This document shows, piece by piece, positions 7,882-17,600 of a stretch of 64,000 nt of DNA. The position numbers and the translations under genes are program-made. The DNA comes from an uncultured virus (IMG/VR IMGVR_UViG_3300025128_000023) (Duplodnaviria > Heunggongvirae > Uroviricota > Caudoviricetes), in IMG/VR virus record IMGVR_UViG_3300025128_000023; one strand, 5' to 3'. Position 1 is the stretch's first letter, and each line of letters starts with the position of its first letter. A model generated the notes under the pieces. It was not told the origin of the DNA and did no database searches. It saw only the letters and a program-made list of their open reading frames with translations.

Positions 7882-8187
7882 ATGAGCAAAGTAGATCTAA
7901 CTCCAGACAGTAAGTTTAGTTTAACGATAAAAGAATTAGTTGCTGCAGCAGTTGGATTCTCATCTCTTATTGCAATGTATTTTACACTACAAGCTGACAT
8001 AGCAAAAGCTATGGAGCTACCTGAACCAGAAGTTCAAAAAATTGAGTTCGATTATAAGGATCAATTGGTAAGATCGACCATTGAACTCACTCAAGAAGAT
8101 GTCAAAACTATTAAAGCCGACATCACTGAAATCAAGGAACAATTAAATAAAATGGATGAAAGACTTTATGAAATAAGTAGAAAATGA
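7882..8187 (+). CDS. Single-TM coiled-coil membrane protein
   Basis: Hydrophobic LVAAAVGFSSLIAMYF followed by a heptad-rich C-terminus. Confidence 0.65.
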   Translation: MSKVDLTPDSKFSLTIKELVAAAVGFSSLIAMYFTLQADIAKAMELPEPEVQKIEFDYKDQLVRSTIELTQEDVKTIKADITEIKEQLNKMDERLYEISRK

Positions 8188-8519
8188 AAACATGGATAAT
8201 ATTATTGTTATTTCCCATCTTCCTAAATGCTCAGAATTTTAAATCAGACATTTCGGTAGTACAGTTTTCTGCTCCTTTCACTAAAGATTCTGAAATTTCA
8301 CTTAAACCTTTCAAAGACTATAATACTTATACTTTTTGTATAACTGAAAAACCTAAATTTTTTCAAAAAGAAAAAATACTTTTTCTTCCTACTCTTATAT
8401 TATATTATAATGAAAAAGAGATTGTAAGACTTGAAAGTGATATTTCACTTAAATTACCTGAAAATGCTGTAGACACAATACAGCAACATATTGATGAAAT
8501 TATAGAAAGTAAATTTTAA
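8184..8519 (+). CDS. Exported thioredoxin-like fold protein lacking CxxC
   Basis: Signal peptide MKTWIILLLFPIFLNA; VVQFSAPF...ILFLPTLILY pattern. Confidence 0.5.
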   Translation: MKTWIILLLFPIFLNAQNFKSDISVVQFSAPFTKDSEISLKPFKDYNTYTFCITEKPKFFQKEKILFLPTLILYYNEKEIVRLESDISLKLPENAVDTIQQHIDEIIESKF

Positions 8520-8521
8520 CT

Positions 8522-9691
8522 ATGAAAAAACTAATAACACTAATACTATTAATGATGTCCTTCAATATGCAAGGACAATTTTTAAAAGAGCTATATAAAG
8601 ATGTATTTAAATATGCAACTGTATATGTAGCTGGAGACATAGGTAATGCATATGAAACACAAAGACCAGATTACTTTGTAAGAACTGATCCTGATAATTT
8701 ATATGGAGTTCCACAAGTTATAGATAATACTGTATATCATCCTTACGATTATAGAATAGGTATAGGTATAAGAAAGTTAGCTCGATTTGATTACGAAATA
8801 AAAGGTAAACACTACTACGATGGAACTGAAAACAATAAAGCATTGTCTTCACCAACTGCCGCAGTAAAAGGATTTGAGTATTTACTTCATTACGAAAAAG
8901 AACGAGAAAGATCAGAAGAATTTGTAAACTCAAGATTTTTTATCAGACACACTGGAAAAAATCATATAGTAAAACTGGAACAAAGAGAACAAGGAAATGT
9001 AGGTTTTAAATATCAAAGCGCAGAAGTTAGATTTAGACTACCTATTGGAAAAAAATTTAGTATAAGTGCGGGTGCAATAGCAAGATCACATCAAAAAGCA
9101 TATGGGTATAATCCAATTGAAATATGGCTTAATGAACTTGATGATAGTGGAAACCCAGTAAATCCTTGGTACACATTAGGATTTGAGTATGGATATGATG
9201 ATATATACTATTCTTCGACTGATGAATTTGGCAACAATATATATGACTGGTATTGGATAGATGCCGATGGAAGTATAGTAGCTCATACAGATGTGCAGTT
9301 TAGAGATTTAATCTTTGGTGACTTGATGAATAGATACAATAATGAGATATGGGATCAATTAGACGCATATGCGGAAGTTGCTCCTATTGTAGGTTTTGAT
9401 GTATATCATCACACTGATAAGTATTGGTTACATTCATATGCTAACTGGATATTACCATATCATAAATATTTTAAAGGAGATTCTGATTTCAATTATTTAA
9501 ATAGAAATAATTGGGGTCTTGGAGGTTTAAAAGAAGATTCTTCACCAGAACAATGGTCTGACTATCAATTCGGTTTAATCACTGGATGGAAAATTAGTAA
9601 AACATTAGGATTTTTTATAGAGGGAGAATATTTAAAAATGTGGGACTCTAAAATTTTTAATTCTTCAATAGGTATAAATATAAGATTATGA
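8522..9691 (+). CDS. Signal-peptide protein, putative outer-membrane beta-barrel
   Basis: Sec signal peptide; aromatic-rich amphipathic strands; C-terminal strand FNSSIGINIRL. Confidence 0.6.
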   Translation: MKKLITLILLMMSFNMQGQFLKELYKDVFKYATVYVAGDIGNAYETQRPDYFVRTDPDNLYGVPQVIDNTVYHPYDYRIGIGIRKLARFDYEIKGKHYYDGTENNKALSSPTAAVKGFEYLLHYEKERERSEEFVNSRFFIRHTGKNHIVKLEQREQGNVGFKYQSAEVRFRLPIGKKFSISAGAIARSHQKAYGYNPIEIWLNELDDSGNPVNPWYTLGFEYGYDDIYYSSTDEFGNNIYDWYWIDADGSIVAHTDVQFRDLIFGDLMNRYNNEIWDQLDAYAEVAPIVGFDVYHHTDKYWLHSYANWILPYHKYFKGDSDFNYLNRNNWGLGGLKEDSSPEQWSDYQFGLITGWKISKTLGFFIEGEYLKMWDSKIFNSSIGINIRL

Positions 9692-9990
9692 CAACATACG
9701 TATCAAGTAAAAGTACAATTAAACAAAAAGGTAAACCTGGTAAAAGATTTAAATCTAAATACAAATCTAAGTCAGTGGTACAGGATTACACTAAAGACAG
9801 CAAGGTTAAAAGCACTTCGGTTTTAAAACAAAAAGGAAAAGATGGGGGTAAATTTAAATCTAAAACAAAAAGTGTAAGTTTAGGAAATGGCAAGTATAGA
9901 GTGTGTAAAGTAAGAGATGGTGGTAAATCTAAATGTAGAGTTATAACTAAAAAGTCTGCATCAAGAAAAACAAGAAGAATGATTAAATGA
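9688..9990 (+). CDS. Lys-rich basic protein with internal repeat
   Basis: KQKGK..(G)K.FKSK.KS repeated twice. Confidence 0.75.
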   Translation: MTTYVSSKSTIKQKGKPGKRFKSKYKSKSVVQDYTKDSKVKSTSVLKQKGKDGGKFKSKTKSVSLGNGKYRVCKVRDGGKSKCRVITKKSASRKTRRMIK

Positions 9991-10448
9991 ACAAATTAAC
10001 TCCACACATTACTCTTGCAGAAGCAACACATTCTAATACAGCAAAAAGATTAGACATAGAAAACAAACCTACTGATGAACATTTAGGTAATATGCTTACT
10101 ATAGGGCAAATGATATTTGAGCCTCTACGCGAGTATGTGGGTGGACCTATAAAGATAAATTCATTTTATCGTTCTCCAGCTTTAAATAAAGCTATTGGAG
10201 GATCGGCTAAATCACAACACTGTAAAGGACAAGCGATTGATATTGATGATGTATATGGGCATAAAACCAATGCTCAAATGTATGAATGGATAAAAGAAAA
10301 TTTAGACTTCGACCAAATGATTTGGGAGTTTGGAGATAAGCATAATCCATCATGGGTACATGTATCTTATGTAGATGCTCAACTAAATCGCAACAGATGT
10401 TTGAAGGCTTATAAAAAAAATGGTAAAACTCGTTATTCAGTAATTTAG
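9987..10448 (+). CDS. Peptidase M15 endolysin
   Basis: SFYRS..LN..IGG...SQH..GQAIDID and WVHVS Zn-ligand motifs. Confidence 0.9.
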   Translation: MNKLTPHITLAEATHSNTAKRLDIENKPTDEHLGNMLTIGQMIFEPLREYVGGPIKINSFYRSPALNKAIGGSAKSQHCKGQAIDIDDVYGHKTNAQMYEWIKENLDFDQMIWEFGDKHNPSWVHVSYVDAQLNRNRCLKAYKKNGKTRYSVI

Positions 10449-10456
10449 TAAATTTG
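10449..10456 (+). promoter_or_regulatory. -7 promoter element TAAATTTG
   Basis: TAnnTTTG 4 nt before ATG 10461. Confidence 0.5.
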
Positions 10457-10460
10457 TATT

Positions 10461-10607
10461 ATGAAGAAAAAAGGAAAAAAAGTTTGTTGGCAATATGGAA
10501 AAGGAAAATATTGTGGAACATTAATATCAAGTATGGAAACATCTACACATAGATATGCTCGTACAGAAAATGGTAAAGTAAAGTCTTTACCTAAAAACAA
10601 AAAATAA
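10461..10607 (+). CDS. Small basic protein (48 aa)
   Basis: Manual translation MKKKGKKVCWQYGKGKYCGTLI...YARTENGKVKSLPKNKK; TAATG-coupled to the next ORF. Confidence 0.7.
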   Translation: MKKKGKKVCWQYGKGKYCGTLISSMETSTHRYARTENGKVKSLPKNKK

Positions 10608-10828
10608 TGGCAAAAGGAAAGTCTAAAAAAAAACCAAAAGGAGAAATAAGAGACATTACACCAGAAATGAAAAAGAAAGCAAGACTTGGTGCTGAGGGGC
10701 ATATAGGTATGGTAATGTCTGGAGGTGGTAAGCTCCTTGTAAGAGGTGCAAAAGCTCTAAAAAAACTTGTAGCGAAAAAAGTTATAAATAAAATGAGCAA
10801 TAGAAAGAAAAAGAAAAAGAAAAAATAA
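10607..10828 (+). CDS. Lys-rich basic protein
   Basis: ORF with poly-K C-terminus. Confidence 0.7.
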   Translation: MAKGKSKKKPKGEIRDITPEMKKKARLGAEGHIGMVMSGGGKLLVRGAKALKKLVAKKVINKMSNRKKKKKKK

Positions 10829-11112
10829 TGGCAATACGCAGAACTACTAAAGGCAAAGGGGCTAACTATAGATCCACAAAATCAGGAGCAGGTATGACTC
10901 AAAAAGGAGTAGCTGCATATAGAAGAGCTAATCCTGGTTCTAAATTAAAAACTGCAGTTACTGGCAAAGCTAAAGCTGGAAGTAAAAGAGCTAAAAGGAG
11001 AAAGTCTTATTGTGCTCGTAGTTTAGGACAACTAAAAAGAAGTAGTGCTGCAACAAGAAATAATCCTAACTCGAGAATAAGACAAGCTCGAAGAAGATGG
11101 AAATGTAATTAA
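10828..11112 (+). CDS. Basic phage protein (RRKSYCARS...ARRRWKC type)
   Basis: GMTQKGVAAYRRANPGSKLKTAVT motif, of a kind recurrent in aquatic phages. Confidence 0.8.
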   Translation: MAIRRTTKGKGANYRSTKSGAGMTQKGVAAYRRANPGSKLKTAVTGKAKAGSKRAKRRKSYCARSLGQLKRSSAATRNNPNSRIRQARRRWKCN

Positions 11113-11113
11113 T

Positions 11114-11524
11114 ATGAAAGAAATATTATTAAAAATATTTGGAGGTGCTGCAGGAGGTGTAGCAGATAAACTAACTAATGTAGTAGACAAATTTGTTAGA
11201 ACTAAAGATGAAAAAGCTGAGTTTGAAAAAGAAATGACTCAAATTTTTATTCAAGCAGAATCTGAACAACAAAAAAATGTTACTGAGAGATGGAAGTCAG
11301 ATATGGCATCTGATAATAAATTATCAAAATCAGTTAGACCTTTAGTTTTAATCTTCTTATTTGTATCTACAGTTTTGCTTATCTTTATTGACTCAGGATT
11401 TATTAACTTTGCAGTTGATGATGAATGGAAGGAACTTTTAAAAATGTTGCTTATAACAATAACTGCTGCCTACTTCGGAGGGCGTAGTTACGAAAAGGGA
11501 GCTTCAATAAAAAAAAATAAATAG
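11114..11524 (+). CDS. Holin (GTA 3TM-holin-like)
   Basis: RWKSDM.SD..LSKSVRP, two TM helices, AYFGGRS.EK. Confidence 0.75.
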   Translation: MKEILLKIFGGAAGGVADKLTNVVDKFVRTKDEKAEFEKEMTQIFIQAESEQQKNVTERWKSDMASDNKLSKSVRPLVLIFLFVSTVLLIFIDSGFINFAVDDEWKELLKMLLITITAAYFGGRSYEKGASIKKNK

Positions 11525-12277
11525 ATGGCCAGAATAGCAACATATGTAAATGACACTAATGTAGTCGGTGCTGATAAATGGATTGGCTCGGATTCCCAAA
11601 ACAATTGGCAAACCAAAAACTTTACTGCACAAGATGTAGCTAATTTTATTCATGGAGCTGGTAATGAAAGCCAAATATTCAAGTACAAATATGAACAAGC
11701 GGGTGCACCTGGAACAGTCCGACCTGCGGGAAGTTTAACTTTCAATGCAGGTGGAGCTCAAACTGTAGCTTTAAATACAGTCACAGGTTGTGTGTTAAGT
11801 GTATCTACAGAAAACCAAGGTGGACAAACATTAAATGTATCTACATGGTACAACTCACCATTAGTTGGTTCTGATATATTATTATCACAATGTGATGATA
11901 TAACACAGTGGGGAATATACCGATGGGTATCTGCAACACAGAAGGCTGATCCTTTGTTTTATGACATTGTATTGACTCACACCAACAGCAATGGGAGCTT
12001 AACAGCGGGTAAAGATTATTTTATATCTTTGCTTACATATAATGCGGCTGGAGCTGGAGGTGATAAAAATGAGGTGAGTGCCCAGTTTACAGTGCCCCCT
12101 GGAGGAGGCTTTGTAAATGTTGACCATACTCTTAATAAATTTCCATCAGTGCAAATAAGTGAAGGTTCTCAAGCGAGTCCAACACAAATTATAAATTGTA
12201 AAATAACTTATGTGAACACCTCACGAGTTAGGTTAGATTTCGATCAAGGCTTTACAGGGGTGGCAGTTTTAAACTAA
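11525..12277 (+). CDS. Tail-associated structural protein
   Basis: Beta-rich; C-terminal HTLNKFPSVQ motif of the H.L...P.V type seen in tail-fibre domains. Confidence 0.6.
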   Translation: MARIATYVNDTNVVGADKWIGSDSQNNWQTKNFTAQDVANFIHGAGNESQIFKYKYEQAGAPGTVRPAGSLTFNAGGAQTVALNTVTGCVLSVSTENQGGQTLNVSTWYNSPLVGSDILLSQCDDITQWGIYRWVSATQKADPLFYDIVLTHTNSNGSLTAGKDYFISLLTYNAAGAGGDKNEVSAQFTVPPGGGFVNVDHTLNKFPSVQISEGSQASPTQIINCKITYVNTSRVRLDFDQGFTGVAVLN

Positions 12278-12284
12278 AAAAATT

Positions 12285-14669
12285 ATGGCAATAAAATATT
12301 TATCTAATATAGACTTAACCAATGGTCAATTAAAAAACTTTAAAGTTGACAATGTTACTTCTGATCCTTCAGTTTCTGGTGAAGGACAATTAATTTATAG
12401 GTCTGACACCAATGTACTAAAGTATTATAATGGTAGTGCATGGCAGACCGTAGGAACAAGTGGTGGTTCGGTAACTTCAGTAGCATTATCTATGCCTGCA
12501 GCATTTTCTGTAGCTGGTTCACCAATAACAACAAATGGTACATTCACAGTTACTGGAGCTGGAACTTCTTCACAAGTAATTTTAGGAGATGGTTCATTAG
12601 GAACATATTCTACTGGTACAATGTCAAGCTTTACTTTGACTGCAGACAGTGGAAGTAATCAAACAATAACCGATGGCAATACTTTAGATATTGCAGGTAC
12701 TGGTGGAAGAGTAACAACTGTAGTTGGAAACACCGATACAGTTACTATTGATTTAGCAACAAGTGGTGTGACTGCAGGAAGTTATACATCGGCTGATATT
12801 ACAGTTGATGCATATGGTAGAATAACTACTGCTGCAAGTGGTGGTGGAGGAACGATGACTTCATGGACATTATCTGGAGACAGTGGATCATCTCAAACTA
12901 TTAGCGATGGAAATACTGTAGATATTGAAGGAGGAACAGCCATTTCTACTGTAGCTGGAGCAACAGATAAATTAACAATTAACTTAGATGATACTGCGGT
13001 AACACCAGGCTCATACACTTATGCAAGTTTAACAGTAGACCAACAAGGTAGACTAACTGCAGCATCTTCAGGGGCAACTCCTGGAACGATGTCTTCATGG
13101 ACATTAAGTGGAGATAGTGGTAGTAACCAAACAATAAGTAATGGCAATACAGTTGATATTGCTGGAGGAGCTTATATACAAACTGCTGCAGGTGCAACCG
13201 ATACACTAACTGTAACTCACAGTGCGACATCAAGAAGTGATACTACAAGTTCTGCTTCACCAGGATATGGTGGAACAGTTGATGTAGTAGATAGTGTAAC
13301 AACTAATGCTACTGGACACGTTACTGCAATTAATGTAGAAACTGTTACTTTTCCAAGTGCAGAAAATTATTCATGGACTTTAGCTGGAGATAGTGGTTCT
13401 TCACAAGCAATAGCAAGTGGTAACACCGCAACTATTGCAGGTGGTACTGCATTAACTTCTGTGGCTGGAGCAACCGATACTGTAACGATAAGCTTAGATG
13501 ACACAGCAGTAACTGCTGGCTCATATACATTAGCGAGTATTACTGTGGATGCACAAGGTAGAATTACTGCCGCAAGTAATGGTTCATCTGGAACTATGAC
13601 TTCTTGGACACTAAGTGCGGACAGTGGATCAAATCAAACAATAAGTGATGGTAACACAGTAGATATAGCTGGTGGTAGTGGTATTACAACTGCCGCAAGT
13701 AGCACTGATACAGTTACAGTTAATCTTGATATTAATGGATTAACTGGTCATACAGTAGTACCAGCAGATTTTGTTCCTGTTTATGATGTAAATGGAGGAG
13801 CAAATAAGAAATCTGCACTACAAGATATTCACTTAAATATTTTAGGTGCTGCCGAAGCGGATATTGATTTTGGAACAAACAAATTATTACAAGTAAAAAC
13901 TGGTACTGCAGCTTCTGATGGTGTAAACTTAGGTCAAGTACAATCTCTTGTAGCTGGAGTTGGTGTATTCCAAGGCGGCTATAATGCAAGTACAAACTCT
14001 CCTGCATTAACAGGAGGAAGTAATGTAGCTTTAGATCAAGGTGACTTCTATGTAGTAACTACAGGAGGTTCTTTCTTTACTGAAACATTAGAAGTTGGTG
14101 ATTTAATTTTTGCTAATGCGGATATTGCAGCAAGTTCAACACCGTCTTTATCTGACTATACAGTTGTAATCGCAGACCAAAACATTGCAGGAGATGGATC
14201 GACAGATGGTGGTACAACAAAAGGTGTAGCTGGATTTGATAGTGGAAACTTTGGTGTTACTGCTAATGGTTGGGTAACTTTAGATAATACTGGAGTAAGT
14301 GCTGGTAGTGTTGGTGGTGCAGCTAAATCACTTTCTGCTACAGTAACTGCAAAAGGTTTATTATCTTCGTTAAGTGAACAAGCGATTGCAATTACAGCAT
14401 CTCAAGTAACTGATTTTTGTACAGCGGTTAGCACATGTGTTGCTGCCAACGAACAATATGCAGTAAGCATTGGTAATGGAAATGATGTTTCATTTGCAGT
14501 TAGCCATGGCTTGGGCACAAGAGATGTTATAGTACAACTTTACGATAATAGTACATATGATACAGTATATGCTGGCGTTGTTAGAAATAGCACATCACAA
14601 GTAACAATATCATTTAACAGTGCACCTGCAACAAATGACATTAGAGTGTTAGTGAGTAAGTGTACATAA
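12285..14669 (+). CDS. Tail fibre protein with internal repeats
   Basis: About 5 copies of S(W/F)TL..DSGS.Q.I..GNT..I.G plus GSYT.A.ITVD..GR.T.A repeats; Gly/Thr/Ser-rich. Confidence 0.85.
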   Translation: MAIKYLSNIDLTNGQLKNFKVDNVTSDPSVSGEGQLIYRSDTNVLKYYNGSAWQTVGTSGGSVTSVALSMPAAFSVAGSPITTNGTFTVTGAGTSSQVILGDGSLGTYSTGTMSSFTLTADSGSNQTITDGNTLDIAGTGGRVTTVVGNTDTVTIDLATSGVTAGSYTSADITVDAYGRITTAASGGGGTMTSWTLSGDSGSSQTISDGNTVDIEGGTAISTVAGATDKLTINLDDTAVTPGSYTYASLTVDQQGRLTAASSGATPGTMSSWTLSGDSGSNQTISNGNTVDIAGGAYIQTAAGATDTLTVTHSATSRSDTTSSASPGYGGTVDVVDSVTTNATGHVTAINVETVTFPSAENYSWTLAGDSGSSQAIASGNTATIAGGTALTSVAGATDTVTISLDDTAVTAGSYTLASITVDAQGRITAASNGSSGTMTSWTLSADSGSNQTISDGNTVDIAGGSGITTAASSTDTVTVNLDINGLTGHTVVPADFVPVYDVNGGANKKSALQDIHLNILGAAEADIDFGTNKLLQVKTGTAASDGVNLGQVQSLVAGVGVFQGGYNASTNSPALTGGSNVALDQGDFYVVTTGGSFFTETLEVGDLIFANADIAASSTPSLSDYTVVIADQNIAGDGSTDGGTTKGVAGFDSGNFGVTANGWVTLDNTGVSAGSVGGAAKSLSATVTAKGLLSSLSEQAIAITASQVTDFCTAVSTCVAANEQYAVSIGNGNDVSFAVSHGLGTRDVIVQLYDNSTYDTVYAGVVRNSTSQVTISFNSAPATNDIRVLVSKCT

Positions 14670-14684
14670 ACACTTTAATAAAAT

Positions 14685-17600
14685 ATGGCAATACAATATT
14701 TATCCAGTCTTAATATAGATGGAGGTATAACAACTGGCAGCTCATCCACAATTGCTGGAGCAACATTTACTTCAGGATTAGCGATGAGTACAAATAAGAT
14801 TACTGGTGTCGGTGATCCTACCCAAGCTCAAGATGCTGCAACTAAAAACTATGTAGATAGTTTGTCTGTGGGGGTAACCGAAGTAGATGCTTCTGGAACT
14901 AAAAATGGACTTACATTAACTACATCTCCTGCAACTGGAATTGTTTCTACAGGATCAGTTGTATTAGGAGGAACTTTAGCTATAAATAATAGTGACTGGA
15001 GTGGAAATGATTTATCTATTGCCAATGGTGGTACAGGAGCTTCAACCGCAGCTAATGCCCTTATAAATTTAGGTGGATCTAATGTAGGTATAAATATATT
15101 TGAAGCCACTGATCCAAGTGCGGTTACTTTCCTAAGAGCAAACGCAGATAATAGTGTAAGTTTTTTAAGTGCTTCTGCATTCAGAACAGCTATCGGAGCT
15201 GGTACAGGCTCTGGCTCAATGAGTAGTTGGATTATTTCAGCCGACAATGCAGGAACTGCTACTGTAACAGATGGAGAAACTGTAAATATTGGTGGTGGAA
15301 CTAATATTACAACATCTCGTACTGGAAACGCAGTTACTATTACTAATGATATTACCAACTTAAACCAATTAACAAATGGTCCTGGATATACAACAAATAC
15401 AGGAACAGTTACAAGTGTAGGGTTTACTCACCAAGGAGATGCTTTTACTGTAGGAGGTCAACCAGTAACAAGTTCTGGTACTCTTGCTATAACAATGGCA
15501 GGAACTTCCTCACAATATATAGATGGTGCAGGTAATTTAACCACATTCCCATCAATACCTCAAGGAGATATTACAGGAGTATCAGCTTCAACAAACGATA
15601 ATTATTTAGGTATTACTGTAGCTAATTCAACAGGTCCTGTCCCACAAGTGGGTATAAATATATCAGGTTTAACAGCATTGAGTGCCACACCAGCAGATGA
15701 AGATGAATTAATAATTTATGATGAAGGTGCTCCTAAAAACAAAAAAATTACTGTACAAAATCTAATGGCGGCAGCACCTCAAGGTGATATTACAGCAGTA
15801 GTGGCGGGAACAGGAATGAGTGGTGGAGGCACAAGCGGTTCTGTTACTTTAAATTGTTCTATTACAAATAATAATCAACTTACTAATGGAGCTGGCTATA
15901 CCACATTTGCAGAACCAGGAATATTTAGTGGTGGTGGTACACCAACTTTAGCATCTGGTGTAACTGGGGCAGAAATAAGATCTTTAATAGGTGCAGGAAC
16001 AGGAACAGGTTCGGTAACTTCAGTAGCTACAGGTGCTGGTTTAACTGGAGGAACTATTACTGGAAGCGGAACTGTAGCAATAGATTATGCAGGAAGTGAC
16101 AATTTAGTATTAGCAGCCACTGAAGCTACTATAGGAAATACTTCTTCCATAATATATAACCAAAGTAATAATGCGTATAGAGCTTTATTAAGTGATATAG
16201 GTTTATCTAAATTTAGTAATGATTCAGGATTTACAACAAATACAGGAACTGTTACTTCAGTAACTGTAAGTGCTGGTTCTGGACTTGGTGGTGGTGGAAC
16301 AGTAACTACTTCAGGAACAATTACATTAACTGCGGATGTTACCGCTTCTTCATCAACCACATTTACTAATAAATCGGGTAACATTTCTCAATGGACTAAT
16401 GATAGTGGATATACTACTAATGTAGGAGATATTACTGCAGTAAATGCAGGAACAGGAATGAGTGGTGGAGGTTCAAGTGGAAGTGTAACATTAAATTGTA
16501 CTGTAGTTGGTGATACTGGGGTCCCTGCCATATTAAGTAATGGTAGTACACCTTCATTAAACTCAGGTATTACAGGAGCTGAAGTAAGAAGTTTAATCGG
16601 AGCTGGAACCAGTTCAAGTTCAGGTGTTACAAGCGTAGGCGCAACTGCACCAGTAACCTCTACAGGAGGAACAACCCCAACGATTGGTGTTGATACTGCA
16701 GCGGTAAGTGGTGCTTCATCAAAATTAGCAACAGGCGCACAAATACAAACTGCTATTAATTCGGCTATTGCAAATGTACCTTCAGGATTAGCCTTTGAAG
16801 GAAATTGGAATGCCAGTACCGACAATCCGGACTTATCTGGACTCTCTCCTGATAATGGTCAATTTTGGATAGTATCAGTAGCTGGTTCTACAAACTTAGA
16901 TGGTATTACAGATTGGAAAGTTGGTGACTGGGCTATCTATGTAGATAATGGAGCAGGTACAGATGCATGGCAAAAAGTGGATAATACTTCAATATTATCG
17001 GGTAGTGGATCATCTGCACAAGTAGCGGTATGGTCAGGCTCTGCAAGTTTAGTTGGAGATGCTGGACTTACTTATAATACAGCAAGTAATAATTTAGTAG
17101 TCTCAGGTGGTATTACTTGGTCGGGTGGTGGATCAACAGAGTCTAATTCTGCATATGACAATATGATAACTGGATTTTCCGATTCAGGCTCATCAACAGT
17201 TACTTTAACATTAACTCAACAAGATGGAGGTACACTAACAACTTCATTTGCTGTACCACAAGGAGATATAACAGCAGTTACTGCTGGCACTGGTATGAGT
17301 GGAGGAGGAACTTCAGGATCAGTTACCTTAACCAATACAGATTTAGGTTCTTCACAAAACATATACAAAAACTTTAGTGCCGACAATGGTGGTACTGCAA
17401 CAGCAAACAGTAACAACGATACTTTAACAATAACAGGAGGTACAAATATTAATACTGCTCGTTCAGGTGATACTTTTACTATCAATAACGAAATTACTAA
17501 CAACAATCAGTTAACTAATGGTGCAGGTTATACTACTAATGTAGGGGATATAACTGGAGTTACTGCGGGTACAGGAATGAGTGGTGGAGGAACAAGTGGA

